A program made the translations under genes and the position numbers. This document shows positions 29,006 through 38,368 of a stretch of 64,000 nt of DNA, in pieces. The stretch is from an uncultured Chloroflexia bacterium. GTDB lineage: Bacteria > Chloroflexota > Dehalococcoidia > DSTF01 > JALHUB01. Where the stretch lies: NCBI GenBank assembly GCA_963842845.1, contig CAWJHZ010000005.1, positions 1,308-65,307 on the forward strand, given 5' to 3'. Numbering within the stretch: the stretch's first letter is position 1; every line of letters starts with the position of its first letter. The notes beneath the pieces are model-generated. The model was not told the origin of the DNA, did no database searches, and saw only the letters and a program-made list of their open reading frames with translations.

Positions 29006-29959
29006 ATGAAGATTCTTGTAACTGGCGGCGCAGGCTATATTGGCTCTATACTGACAAGTAAACTCCTTGAACATGGTTACGAGGTTGATGTGCTGGATTC
29101 TCTTGTTTTTGGTGGTCAATCTCTGTTGCAGCATTTCTATAACCCTGCGTTTAGTCTTATTGTTGGTTCTATCGCCTCGGTAAAAAAAAGCATGATTGTT
29201 GATTATGATGCGGTGTTGCATCTTGCAGCATTGGCATTCACTCAAGGGGAGTATATGGCAGACCGGCTCAATGATGTTAATTTCGAGTGTACAAAAAATA
29301 TTGTTGAACTCTGTAAGAAATATAAGAAGAAACTCATTCTTTCTTCAACCTGTAGTAATTATGGTGTTTCTTCACATTTTTTAGCAAATGAACAAAGCCC
29401 GTTGCATCCAACGAATGCGTATGCTCGCTCTAAGGTAAATGCAGAGCAATATATTTTGAAGAACTACCCGTCAGCGGTGATAATTCGATTTGCTACTGTT
29501 TTCGGGTTATCTCCTCGGATGCGGTTTGATACGACTATTAATGAATTTGTTTTAAATGCTGTTAGCACGGGTTATTTGAGCGTCTACAATTATGACTCAT
29601 GGAGACCCTATATCCATATTGATGATGCGACAAATGCGTTCCTGTTCTTTTTACAAGAGAAACATAAAGGGGTCTATAATGTCGGGGATAACAAGATGAA
29701 TTATACGAAAAGAGATGTCTGTGATGTGATAAAGAAATATGTCCCTGCTCTGAATGTTGAACTCATAAAAGAAGTTAATGAGCCACGGGACTATCAGGTT
29801 TCCTTCAATAAACTAAATGATGTTGGATTCAGGGCAAAACGAACGATTGAAGAAGGAGTAACTGAGATTAAACAAGCATTAGATAACCATATTTTTGAGA
29901 ACCCATCTGGCGCTATTCATAATAATTTTAAAACATATCAACGATATTACTCAGAATAA
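29006..29959 (+). CDS. NAD-dependent nucleotide-sugar epimerase/dehydratase (SDR family)
   Basis: GGAGA RBS; MKILVTGGAGYIGS; catalytic YxxxK at NAYARSK. Confidence 0.8.
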   Translation: MKILVTGGAGYIGSILTSKLLEHGYEVDVLDSLVFGGQSLLQHFYNPAFSLIVGSIASVKKSMIVDYDAVLHLAALAFTQGEYMADRLNDVNFECTKNIVELCKKYKKKLILSSTCSNYGVSSHFLANEQSPLHPTNAYARSKVNAEQYILKNYPSAVIIRFATVFGLSPRMRFDTTINEFVLNAVSTGYLSVYNYDSWRPYIHIDDATNAFLFFLQEKHKGVYNVGDNKMNYTKRDVCDVIKKYVPALNVELIKEVNEPRDYQVSFNKLNDVGFRAKRTIEEGVTEIKQALDNHIFENPSGAIHNNFKTYQRYYSE

Positions 29960-30095
29960 AAACAGGTGAAGAATGTGGGATGCATTCATCAAGCAGTTTC
30001 CTCAATGTGAGAACTGCCCTTTTCTTGGTTTTGTGATAGATAGCATGGGTCCGTTGGAGTTCACGTTTATCTGTAAGAAAAAAGAATGTATTTAC

Positions 30096-30169
30096 GTGGA
30101 TGGCAGGATTTGAACCTGCGTACAATCGGTTAACGGCCGATTACTTGAACCTGACTCAGCTACATCCAC
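30096..30169 (-). tRNA. tRNA-like gene, anticodon GUU (Asn), with atypical C33 and a weak D-stem
   Basis: 7-bp acceptor GTGGATG/CATCCAC; T-arm GCAGG-TTCAAAT-CCTGC; anticodon arm ATCGG-CCGTTAA-CCGAT; 74 nt; no CCA encoded. Confidence 0.5.
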
Positions 30170-30178
30170 TAAAAAGAT

Positions 30179-30601
30179 TTACCAGCCTTTCCCTGTCACT
30201 ACCAGCCCTGATACTGCACATGCATAAACATCTCGGAGCTTTCTGGTTTCTGTAAGTCCAGTAAGACTCTCTCGTATTGCGTTATTTATAAAACGAGCAT
30301 CTATGAGTATTTCAGATTCTTCTAATGACTCGAAAAAAGCGATGTATCCTTTTACTATGTCTGTCTGGCTTGGTCTTTCAGGTTTTGAGCTTGGTGGATT
30401 TACCTGTTTTGAACCAGGGTTTTTTGCAATAAAATCACTATATAATTTCACGCTTTTTTTCCATAGTTTTATTGCTTCATCATATTTTGAGTTGATGTCT
30501 TTCTCTATTTCTTTTAATTTCTCAAGAATAGTCTCTGTTTTGAATTTTATTTTATTGTCTGCTTCTTCGATAAGATTTTTTATTTCTGTTATATCATACA
30601 T
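30179..30601 (-). CDS. hypothetical protein, 140 aa
   Basis: ORF only. Confidence 0.4.
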   Translation of the reverse strand: MYDITEIKNLIEEADNKIKFKTETILEKLKEIEKDINSKYDEAIKLWKKSVKLYSDFIAKNPGSKQVNPPSSKPERPSQTDIVKGYIAFFESLEESEILIDARFINNAIRESLTGLTETRKLRDVYACAVSGLVVTGKGW

Positions 30602-30842
30602 TTTTTCTCACACCTCTTGTCAAACTGTCATAATGTCAAAAGATATATAAATTATTTTTGGTTTACATATTTGAAGATGATGTCGAACTATTTTATTTGA
30701 ATAGGGGGAGAAAGCAGGAAAAACCCCCTATTCTCGTTAGTGAGGTGGTGAGGAGATGTGCAGTGCCGGTAGTTGCGGAACGGACAAGCCTAACCAACAA
30801 ACATGAAACGGTTGCTATGTTTATAAATTTGGCGGTCTAAAA

Positions 30843-31659
30843 ATGTTCTCAATCATCATATCGACCATACGTGAGGATGTCATGGCGTTAAGACCTGTTT
30901 TTATGACTTCTTCTAAGGATGCGGAGGTTATTATTATAGATTCTTTTTATAATGAGCATACCAAAAAAATTCTTCAGGAATTGGAACATTGTTATAATAA
31001 AGTTATATATGCGCCCCCTAAGCAGCGTACCTGAAGTCAGGGAGTATCAGTTTCTTTCCTCGCATAATACGGGTCTTGCGTACGCTGAGGGGCCTTGGTG
31101 TCTTGCTGTGAATGATAACATTGAGTTTAAACCGGATTTCTTTTATCGGTTGAAAGAAACCATTGATTCCTATTCTCCTTTGTATCAGCATAGGTTTGTG
31201 GTGCGTCCTGTTGACCTTGAGCAGAATTGCAATGATATACGATGGGAGAGTTATATTTTTTTTAAACAACGGTATTTCCATCTTCCTTGTGGTCCTCTTG
31301 GGAAAGGAGGGATGCGCCAGTTTGTTCCTATTTTGACCTGTGGGGCAGTCGTGGCTCATCTGGAAACATGGTTTTTGCTGAATGGTTTCGATGAGCGATA
31401 TGATATTGGGCTTTCTTGGTTTGATAACGAGTTGTTTGACCGGTTGGTTATCATGCGTTATCAAATTGTTCTTGACCAGCAACTCATGATTTATCACCTT
31501 CCCTATATAGTAAGTTCTATTGGGAAAGAGGAATGTAAAAAACTCTATGATTCTACGATGATGGAGAGGAATAATAGTATCCGTTCCCCTAATTCCTTTG
31601 ATTTACGGGGGATGCATGATGCTCTGATGAAAGAAAAAGAGAAGTATGTGATATGTTGA
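30843..31659 (+). pseudogene. second copy of the b4GalT-like GT-A glycosyltransferase, frameshifted near 31015-31035
   Basis: ORFs 30843-31034 and 30952-31659 align in series with the single paralogue 24959-25777 (...VIYAPPKQR / EYQFLSSHNTGLAYAE...). A C5 homopolymer lies at 31015-31019. Confidence 0.55.
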
Positions 31660-31662
31660 TTT

Positions 31663-32013
31663 TTGATAGGTCTTCGTTTTTACGGCTTCTTGCTTCTCTC
31701 TGAGATACTTGAGCATCTAGATAACCCGTTAGATGTTTTAAATGAGGCGCAACGTGTCGCAAAAACAATTCTCTTTTGTGTGCCAAATGAATATCAATGG
31801 GGGGATGAAAATAAACCGTTTACTCATGCCGAGCATAAAACAAATTTCACTGAAAAAAAAGTATTTGATTTAGTGTTAAAATCAAGATTAGGAATTATTA
31901 CATATTTTAAACTTATTTATTATGGTTGGAGTTATTTTATAGTCCAGGGTAAATCAAAATATTGTAAACAGAATATTGTGAAACAAAGCATTCGGTTTAA
32001 GTTACCTTCTTAA
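31663..32013 (+). pseudogene. C-terminal fragment of a class I methyltransferase; the SAM-binding N-terminus is missing
   Basis: EILEHLDNPLDVLNEAQRVAKTILFCVPNE matches the methyltransferase motif II/III region, with no motif I upstream. Confidence 0.4.
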
Positions 32014-32254
32014 TCCCTGTTTTTATATCTACTTTTGCGTCAACAACTCTTGTTTTTGGTTGCTCTGGTTTTATCAAATCAAGGGTTTCATATGCGTTTT
32101 TGAATTTACCCTCTAAACCTGCCCGTCGTTGACCATCGAGTTTAATGCGGTCTGCGAGTTCCATGGTCTCTTCTTCAATCTGTTTCAAATATTCTTTTAC
32201 AGCATTTACTTCTTTCGGTATATCAACAATCAATACCATTACATTCACCAGCAT
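31997..32254 (-). CDS. hypothetical coiled-coil protein, 85 aa
   Basis: ORF only. Confidence 0.35.
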   Translation of the reverse strand: MLVNVMVLIVDIPKEVNAVKEYLKQIEEETMELADRIKLDGQRRAGLEGKFKNAYETLDLIKPEQPKTRVVDAKVDIKTGIKKVT

Positions 32255-32285
32255 CTAATAGAAAAGAAAGCATTTAAAGTTTTTC

Positions 32286-34007
32286 CTATTTCTCTGCTTC
32301 TACAATCACAGAAAGCGACGGGAATGTATTTATTGTCTGCGTCTGAATCACTTTTGACCTTGATGAAAACGGTGATGCTATTTGTATGTTCTTGAATCCT
32401 GTTTCCTCAAGTAATTTAATTAAAGCATCTTCATCATAGAGTGTTTTATGGTTTGCATATAGTAATTCATGGAGTGCTTCAGCATCATCATGAGCTCGTT
32501 CCACCCCTACATTAACATAGCGGTATTCTTTTATTTCTCCATTAAGATATTTCCGTGTTATTTTAGCGGTATCTGGTACGCTTATCCTGATGATTCCTCC
32601 TGGCTTCAAAACACGGCAGCATTCTGTTAGAAACTGTTTACCTTCTACTCTAGTAAAATGTTCAAGGAGATGTGAATGGAAAATGATGTCTACAATGTTA
32701 TCCTCGCAGGGTATCCCTTTTGATATGTCTATTTGTCTGAAACGGTATGCCTGTGTATCCGCAAATTGTCTCAAATCAATGATATCTATGTTCACCCATC
32801 CATAATAAAACATGTTCTTGTATGACCCGATGTTTAATTTATAGAGGTCGTCAATATATTTTATTACGCCGTTTTCTCCCCATAGTCCCGGGGCCATTGA
32901 TGTTGGTGGCTGCTGATACGGGTTTTCATATTCTACCGTCCGTGGATACTCTATTTGAATAGGATACTCAGGGGCGATTGATTTGAATTTATCTAACCAA
33001 AACTGCTTGTTTTTCATCGTCACATGCGTTATATCAATATCTTTATCTGCCTCAACATACCCATGGTCAGTGAAATGAATCGCATGCAGTCCTCTTTTTG
33101 ACACGCGTACCATTTCCTGTATCACGGAATCAATTTTATCCTCTGGTATGTGTTCAAGGAGGTTACTGCTAAAACAAAGGTCTATTGCTTTGTTTGCGAA
33201 TCCCCATGGTGTAATTGTTATATCGCAAACCCTCATGCTGTCTGTTGCTCTGGTGTGCCAACAATGATGACTAATGTCAAGTCCTGTTACTTTTATCCCC
33301 TCGTTCTCAAGCACACGGATGACATATCCACGACCGCAACCGACATCAAGGACGCTCTCTGGTTTTAATTTCGCTATAAACCGTGCTGTGGAATAATGGG
33401 TGCAGAAATCACGATATTCTCTATATCCGATGGTTCCGTCCTCGAAATACTCACGTTCAAAAACTTCTCCTTGCATTTTAAACACCTCGATAATCATGTC
33501 TGTCTTGGAGACAGGATGTGGTAACACCGTTACTTTAAAGCCTGCTTCTCCAAATAATTTTTTTGCGTATTCAGGGCTGAAACCAGCTTTATGGCAACCA
33601 CCATAATTCGGGAACTCTTGGCTACCAAAAATACGCTCAACTGTCCCTTTATTTACTCCTTCTTCAACCACACTTCTGCATTGTTCAAGGAGATTCGCTG
33701 TAATAATCACGGCTCTCCCATTTGGTTTCAGGATACGATGAATTTCTTTAATGAAATCTATTGTTTTTCTCCATTCAACATGCTCTATAGTATATTGACA
33801 GAAAACGCCATCATACTCCCCTGTTTTCAACGGCCAGGGGAAACATGAAAGGTCATGGATGATGTCAACAGTCGGCTCTTTGATAATGTCGACATTCGGG
33901 CGTATGATAGGGTTTTTCCCCCCCCCAAGCTCTATTGTTTTTCCTGAAAACGGGAGGATGTAACTATATTGGTTTTTAGTAAGCGGAACGTATGGCATTA
34001 CAAACAT
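32286..34007 (-). CDS. methyltransferase with three tandem class I methyltransferase domains
   Basis: Three independent motif I/post-I sets: IELGGGKNP...ILKPNGRAVI; VLDVGCGRGYVIRVL...VSKRGLHAI; YYGWVNIDII...VLKPGGIIRISVPD. Confidence 0.7.
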   Translation of the reverse strand: MFVMPYVPLTKNQYSYILPFSGKTIELGGGKNPIIRPNVDIIKEPTVDIIHDLSCFPWPLKTGEYDGVFCQYTIEHVEWRKTIDFIKEIHRILKPNGRAVIITANLLEQCRSVVEEGVNKGTVERIFGSQEFPNYGGCHKAGFSPEYAKKLFGEAGFKVTVLPHPVSKTDMIIEVFKMQGEVFEREYFEDGTIGYREYRDFCTHYSTARFIAKLKPESVLDVGCGRGYVIRVLENEGIKVTGLDISHHCWHTRATDSMRVCDITITPWGFANKAIDLCFSSNLLEHIPEDKIDSVIQEMVRVSKRGLHAIHFTDHGYVEADKDIDITHVTMKNKQFWLDKFKSIAPEYPIQIEYPRTVEYENPYQQPPTSMAPGLWGENGVIKYIDDLYKLNIGSYKNMFYYGWVNIDIIDLRQFADTQAYRFRQIDISKGIPCEDNIVDIIFHSHLLEHFTRVEGKQFLTECCRVLKPGGIIRISVPDTAKITRKYLNGEIKEYRYVNVGVERAHDDAEALHELLYANHKTLYDEDALIKLLEETGFKNIQIASPFSSRSKVIQTQTINTFPSLSVIVEAEK

Positions 34008-35082
34008 CCTTGTAGCGACTTTGTATTTTCTCCCAGGTATATTTTTCTGCGGTTTTCCGTGCGTTTTTCCCCATTCTATCAATTTCTTCAGGGTTGTCCT
34101 TGAAGTATTGCAGTTTCGTTAGTATGCTCTCAGCATCGCGTCTGGGAACGACAAAACCATCTTTGCCGTCTGTGATGAGTTCTGACATCCCTGCTCCTTC
34201 TGACACGATTACAGGTCGGTTGAATGCCATCGCTTCAAGCGGTGTGATTCCAAAACCTTCAATGACGGAGGGTTGAACATAGACGCTTATTTTACTATAG
34301 AACTCAGGTAAAGATGTTTCACCGAGGACATGAATTGTCTCGTTTGATTCTAAATTAGCTGCTTCTCGTCCACCAATTATTAATTGCATGTTGTTTTTTT
34401 GTATTGCGGTTAATAGATATATTATTCCTTTGTCTTTCCCGAGGCTACCGAAATACCCTGGCATGAACTCCGCTGGTGGTTCAGGTATCTCAGATGGAAG
34501 ATAGCAACCATGTGGTATCACTATTGGTTTTTCTGTAAGTTTTGCCTCATTCATGATATATTCCGCTGATGAATGAGAATGGACTATTACTTTATCCGCA
34601 AGTCGTAGTTGTTTCAAATATAACTCAAGAAGATATTGATTTGTAAGGTGGGGATAGGGATATTGATGCGGAATATATTTAAGATGCTCTTCCCTGCTGA
34701 TTTTGATATTATGCGGGGCGAGGTCACAGATGACTTTGCAGAATGATTCTTTTTTAAGGGTTCTTACTGTCTCACCGAACGGGCATCCGTAGGTTATCGC
34801 TAGGTCAAAATCCTTATATCGTACCATTGAATTTGCGAAGTAATCATAGAAAAAAGGGTCATCATATCCAAACTGCCGAGGGTCAAGACATTGAGCATAA
34901 ATGGGAATTACTATATCCGCTATTGCAGATAAATACCTTCCATCTTGAAAATGCTGATTGGAGAGAATAAGCTCTACTGTTGATATGGATTTTAATACTT
35001 CCAGCAGATTATAGCTGACGATGCCGCCTCCGCTGTATTGGTTCACACCAGAATTAGTGATGAGTGCTGATTTCATTTCCAC
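33976..35082 (-). CDS. GT4-family (GT-B) glycosyltransferase
   Basis: C-terminal EGFGITPLEAMAFNRPVIVSEGAGMSELI signature. Confidence 0.85.
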   Translation of the reverse strand: MEMKSALITNSGVNQYSGGGIVSYNLLEVLKSISTVELILSNQHFQDGRYLSAIADIVIPIYAQCLDPRQFGYDDPFFYDYFANSMVRYKDFDLAITYGCPFGETVRTLKKESFCKVICDLAPHNIKISREEHLKYIPHQYPYPHLTNQYLLELYLKQLRLADKVIVHSHSSAEYIMNEAKLTEKPIVIPHGCYLPSEIPEPPAEFMPGYFGSLGKDKGIIYLLTAIQKNNMQLIIGGREAANLESNETIHVLGETSLPEFYSKISVYVQPSVIEGFGITPLEAMAFNRPVIVSEGAGMSELITDGKDGFVVPRRDAESILTKLQYFKDNPEEIDRMGKNARKTAEKYTWEKIQSRYKDVCNAIRSAY

Positions 35083-35200
35083 ACCACGGACATAATCCTT
35101 TTTTTTTATACCCGTAATAATTCAATATTGTCGCTAATACCATGCCACCGAATAAACCAAGGAGAAAACCGATAATTATGTCTTTTGTGTCTTTTTTCAT

Positions 35201-35536
35201 TTATCCCCCAACATAGGGTGTTTTTTCTTTCTCACCCTCTATTTTCATGGCTTCAGCGACATGAATCGTATACGTGTTTTTTAATTTCTGTGACCTCATT
35301 AATAGGTTAAGAATAAAATTAACTGATACCATATCATAGACAAGATTTTTCATCGTTGGGTGTCCATTGAAATTCTCTTTACATATCTTTTCAGTTTCGT
35401 CAGCAAGATGACGCATTACTTCTTGAAGAAGTTTATTCATCTTTTCAACATCAAAATCAAGGGTTTTTAAAATACTCTCATCCTGGAGTTGTTTCAGTTT
35501 TTTTTTATCTATCCCTATGTTGATTTCTTTTATCAT
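35201..35536 (-). CDS. hypothetical protein, 111 aa
   Basis: ORF only. Confidence 0.4.
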   Translation of the reverse strand: MIKEINIGIDKKKLKQLQDESILKTLDFDVEKMNKLLQEVMRHLADETEKICKENFNGHPTMKNLVYDMVSVNFILNLLMRSQKLKNTYTIHVAEAMKIEGEKEKTPYVGG

Positions 35537-36426
35537 TTATCCTCCTCGTTGAAATCTTCAATCTTTTTTGCTATTTCTTCATCTGATAATTTTCTCATTT
35601 CATCATCCCACAAAATAAGGGTTTCGTATCCTGCTTTTGAAAGAATTATTTTTCTAATTTTTTCAGTTCTTCTTGGAGGGGGAGAGAATGCTCCATCTTT
35701 ATCATGGAATGCTCTTCCAAAAACCTCTATTATTCTATTATTGGAATTATTTATAAAATCAGGATTTAAACCATTTATCCAAATACTTTTATTTCCAACA
35801 TATTTAAAAGGTAGTTTGTATTTCTTTAGAATGTTCTCGATTCTAATTTCTGGCTTTGTTTTATTGTCTCCATTTACATATGTCCATGGTTTTCGGTCTG
35901 TACAATTTTTTGATGCTTGCTTTCCAATACAGTCTTTTGTCTTGTGTAATCCTAATGAATTTGCTTTTACTTGTATTGAAGCATATCGATGATTTGGTAT
36001 CAACTCTATCAATTCTAATTTAGATGATGCGGCATAATTTTCAATTAGATTTTTCATCTCTTCAGCCATCCATGTTCTTGGATTTTTACTCCATCTAGAA
36101 AAACGTTCTATCTCACGTTGGTTAAATTTTTTTGATTTCTCAAATCCAACTCTTTTCGCTTTATGCTCAATACTTCGCATAGTTCTTCCAGGAAATAGAG
36201 ATATAAGTTCGCTTAGATATTTATCTGGATAATTGTCTCTTAAAATTTTAATTTCTTTTTTTGACCATTTATTCTTTTTTTTAAGACCATACTTATTTAT
36301 TTTTTGTTGTATGCTAGATATCGTTCTACTGGACAGTAGTCTCTGGAGTTCTTGATAGGAAGATGCTGTAGAAAAATATTTTTTTAATGTTTCTACTTCT
36401 TGTTCTTCCCAATGTTTATTTCCCAT
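35533..36426 (-). CDS. homing-endonuclease-like protein: N-terminal Myb/SANT-like helix-turn-helix repeats plus a C-terminal Vsr/PD-(D/E)XK-like nuclease
   Basis: C-terminus GLNPDFINNSNNRIIEVFGRAFHD...TLILWDDE is paralogous to 25784-26698. The N-terminus has two W...W...RT..S...K.K repeats. Confidence 0.6.
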   Translation of the reverse strand: MGNKHWEEQEVETLKKYFSTASSYQELQRLLSSRTISSIQQKINKYGLKKKNKWSKKEIKILRDNYPDKYLSELISLFPGRTMRSIEHKAKRVGFEKSKKFNQREIERFSRWSKNPRTWMAEEMKNLIENYAASSKLELIELIPNHRYASIQVKANSLGLHKTKDCIGKQASKNCTDRKPWTYVNGDNKTKPEIRIENILKKYKLPFKYVGNKSIWINGLNPDFINNSNNRIIEVFGRAFHDKDGAFSPPPRRTEKIRKIILSKAGYETLILWDDEMRKLSDEEIAKKIEDFNEEDK

Positions 36427-36461
36427 TAATTAAACAATGGGTTTGACGTATTTAAACATTT

Positions 36462-37574
36462 CTACCAAGTATTACCCGATAAAATTTGCTTATATAGGGA
36501 TAGATATTCCCTAGCCATCCTTTCATATGAAAACCACTCTGCGTGTCGTCTACAATCTTCTGGTCGTATCTCATCAATCCTTTTGATATAATACATAAAT
36601 TCTTCGTCACTGTTAGCGAAAAAACCATTGAAACCATGTACCGTTGTCTCGTTCCATCCACCAGATGGGCATACCACGGTTGGTGTTCCGCAGGCGTTTG
36701 CTTCTGGGACAATCAAGCCGAAAGGCTCTATGAAATGATTCGCTTGACCTGGGAGACCGGTATAGGTTTCTACGCTTGGCATCACGACCGCTTTCGCATT
36801 CTGGTACATCTCGAGTTTCTTCTCAAAAGGAACTGCTTTGCCGAGTTCACCAACAACTGATACTTGACTGCTTTTTGAGAGTTTCTCATTGATGAATTTG
36901 AGGTAATCAGGGTCTTGTCCGAAGCTGCCGCCAAGGATAAATCCTTTCATCTTGAGTTTATCGCAAATATCTATGAAACGATGAGCTCCTTTTGGAGGGA
37001 AAATACGGCTCACCCATAGGAGGTAATCTTGTTTCTCTTTTTTAAAAGGGTATTTTGTTAAATCAATGCCGTTCTGAACGCCCCTCCATATGCATCCCAT
37101 CGGGGGAGAAAACGTCCCATCTGGTTTTATCCATCGAAACTCTGTGAGATTCTTCGCATGGTTCTGTGAAACACCACAGAGATTTGCATTAAAAGCGGGT
37201 TTTTCTCTGAAGCCAGGGTCAGGGCCATGATGTGTTTTTATGATACGTCCGTTGCGCTCATTGTAGAGAGAATAAGGAAAATAATTCCATGAATGGTCAT
37301 GGAGAATATCTGCTTCAAGTAACGCTTTTTTCGCCTGAGGATTATCCATATACATCTTCCAAGCGTTGATTTCATCGACTGCCCCTGGTTGCCCTGCCGC
37401 ATAGATAAACCCATGCTGTGGCTGATACGAGCCCATAGGCGCAAAATGATGTACCTCGTGTCCATGGTCATCAAAATATTTCGCCAATAATCCAACTATC
37501 AATTCAAGACCAGCATACCCTTTCAAATCAGGATGTGATGCAAAGATTTGTGTGCTATATAGTGCTATTTTCAT
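36462..37574 (-). CDS. GT4-family glycosyltransferase
   Basis: AAGGAAGG RBS; MKIALYSTQ...; C-terminal FIEPFGLIVPEANACGTPTVV. Its start overlaps the endonuclease stop in an ATGA arrangement. Confidence 0.8.
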   Translation of the reverse strand: MKIALYSTQIFASHPDLKGYAGLELIVGLLAKYFDDHGHEVHHFAPMGSYQPQHGFIYAAGQPGAVDEINAWKMYMDNPQAKKALLEADILHDHSWNYFPYSLYNERNGRIIKTHHGPDPGFREKPAFNANLCGVSQNHAKNLTEFRWIKPDGTFSPPMGCIWRGVQNGIDLTKYPFKKEKQDYLLWVSRIFPPKGAHRFIDICDKLKMKGFILGGSFGQDPDYLKFINEKLSKSSQVSVVGELGKAVPFEKKLEMYQNAKAVVMPSVETYTGLPGQANHFIEPFGLIVPEANACGTPTVVCPSGGWNETTVHGFNGFFANSDEEFMYYIKRIDEIRPEDCRRHAEWFSYERMAREYLSLYKQILSGNTW

Positions 37575-38368
37575 ATTGCAACCTTCCTTAATATACATGG
37601 TTTTATGTTTTTAATCAATTCTTTCACTTCCCTATCTCTATACATCCCAATTTTATAGATGTCGCTTTTATCTTTTTCCCGTTTCTTTCGTTTTGCTTTT
37701 CTGATGGTTGGATGAAACCCTAATTCCTCAAGAAATTGCTTTATCATTGATAATGTTTTTTCATTTGAATTAATTATTTCTATAGCATAGCATCCGTTAT
37801 TATTTAGCAGAGAACCTTCAGATTCGTACATGCCTTGTATAAAAGCGAATTTAAATTTATCTTCTATTGCATTTTTTTGTATCCATTCTAACGGTGTTTT
37901 TTTATACCATTCTACAAATATTTTGCAATATGCTCTTGTTTTAAAGGCATCATTCCACTTTTCATTTTTCTTTTTCTCCGTAAAAATCCACCCACTGTGA
38001 GAGATTCCTATAGATTTTAATGAAGAAATGAATGCCTCTACAAAACATTTATCAGTGGAAGTAAGTTCTATTTTATAATGGTTACAACCATTTTTAGTAG
38101 GTTGTATGGATACACTACCATCTCCTTTTAATATTCCAAGTAAATAAAAAAGATTTTCTGATTCTTTTGGTTTCCATCCATCTACTGTATTTTCCCAATA
38201 TCTTAAATCTAATTTTGATAATGAAGTCTGGTCTGCTTGTTTGCGAATAAAAAAACCTGATTCGGAGAATCTTCGTTTCAAAGTATGTCTACTTATGTGT
38301 TCTTTTTTTGATATTTCAGATAAACTTAATCCAGATTCGTATTGGTTATATACAGATGCTATCTTCAT
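37571..38368 (-). CDS. free-standing LAGLIDADG homing endonuclease with an N-terminal helix-turn-helix
   Basis: Two motifs, LLGILKGDGSV and FAFIQGMYESEGSL. ATGA overlaps with the glycosyltransferase genes on both sides. Confidence 0.8.
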   Translation of the reverse strand: MKIASVYNQYESGLSLSEISKKEHISRHTLKRRFSESGFFIRKQADQTSLSKLDLRYWENTVDGWKPKESENLFYLLGILKGDGSVSIQPTKNGCNHYKIELTSTDKCFVEAFISSLKSIGISHSGWIFTEKKKNEKWNDAFKTRAYCKIFVEWYKKTPLEWIQKNAIEDKFKFAFIQGMYESEGSLLNNNGCYAIEIINSNEKTLSMIKQFLEELGFHPTIRKAKRKKREKDKSDIYKIGMYRDREVKELIKNIKPCILRKVAI

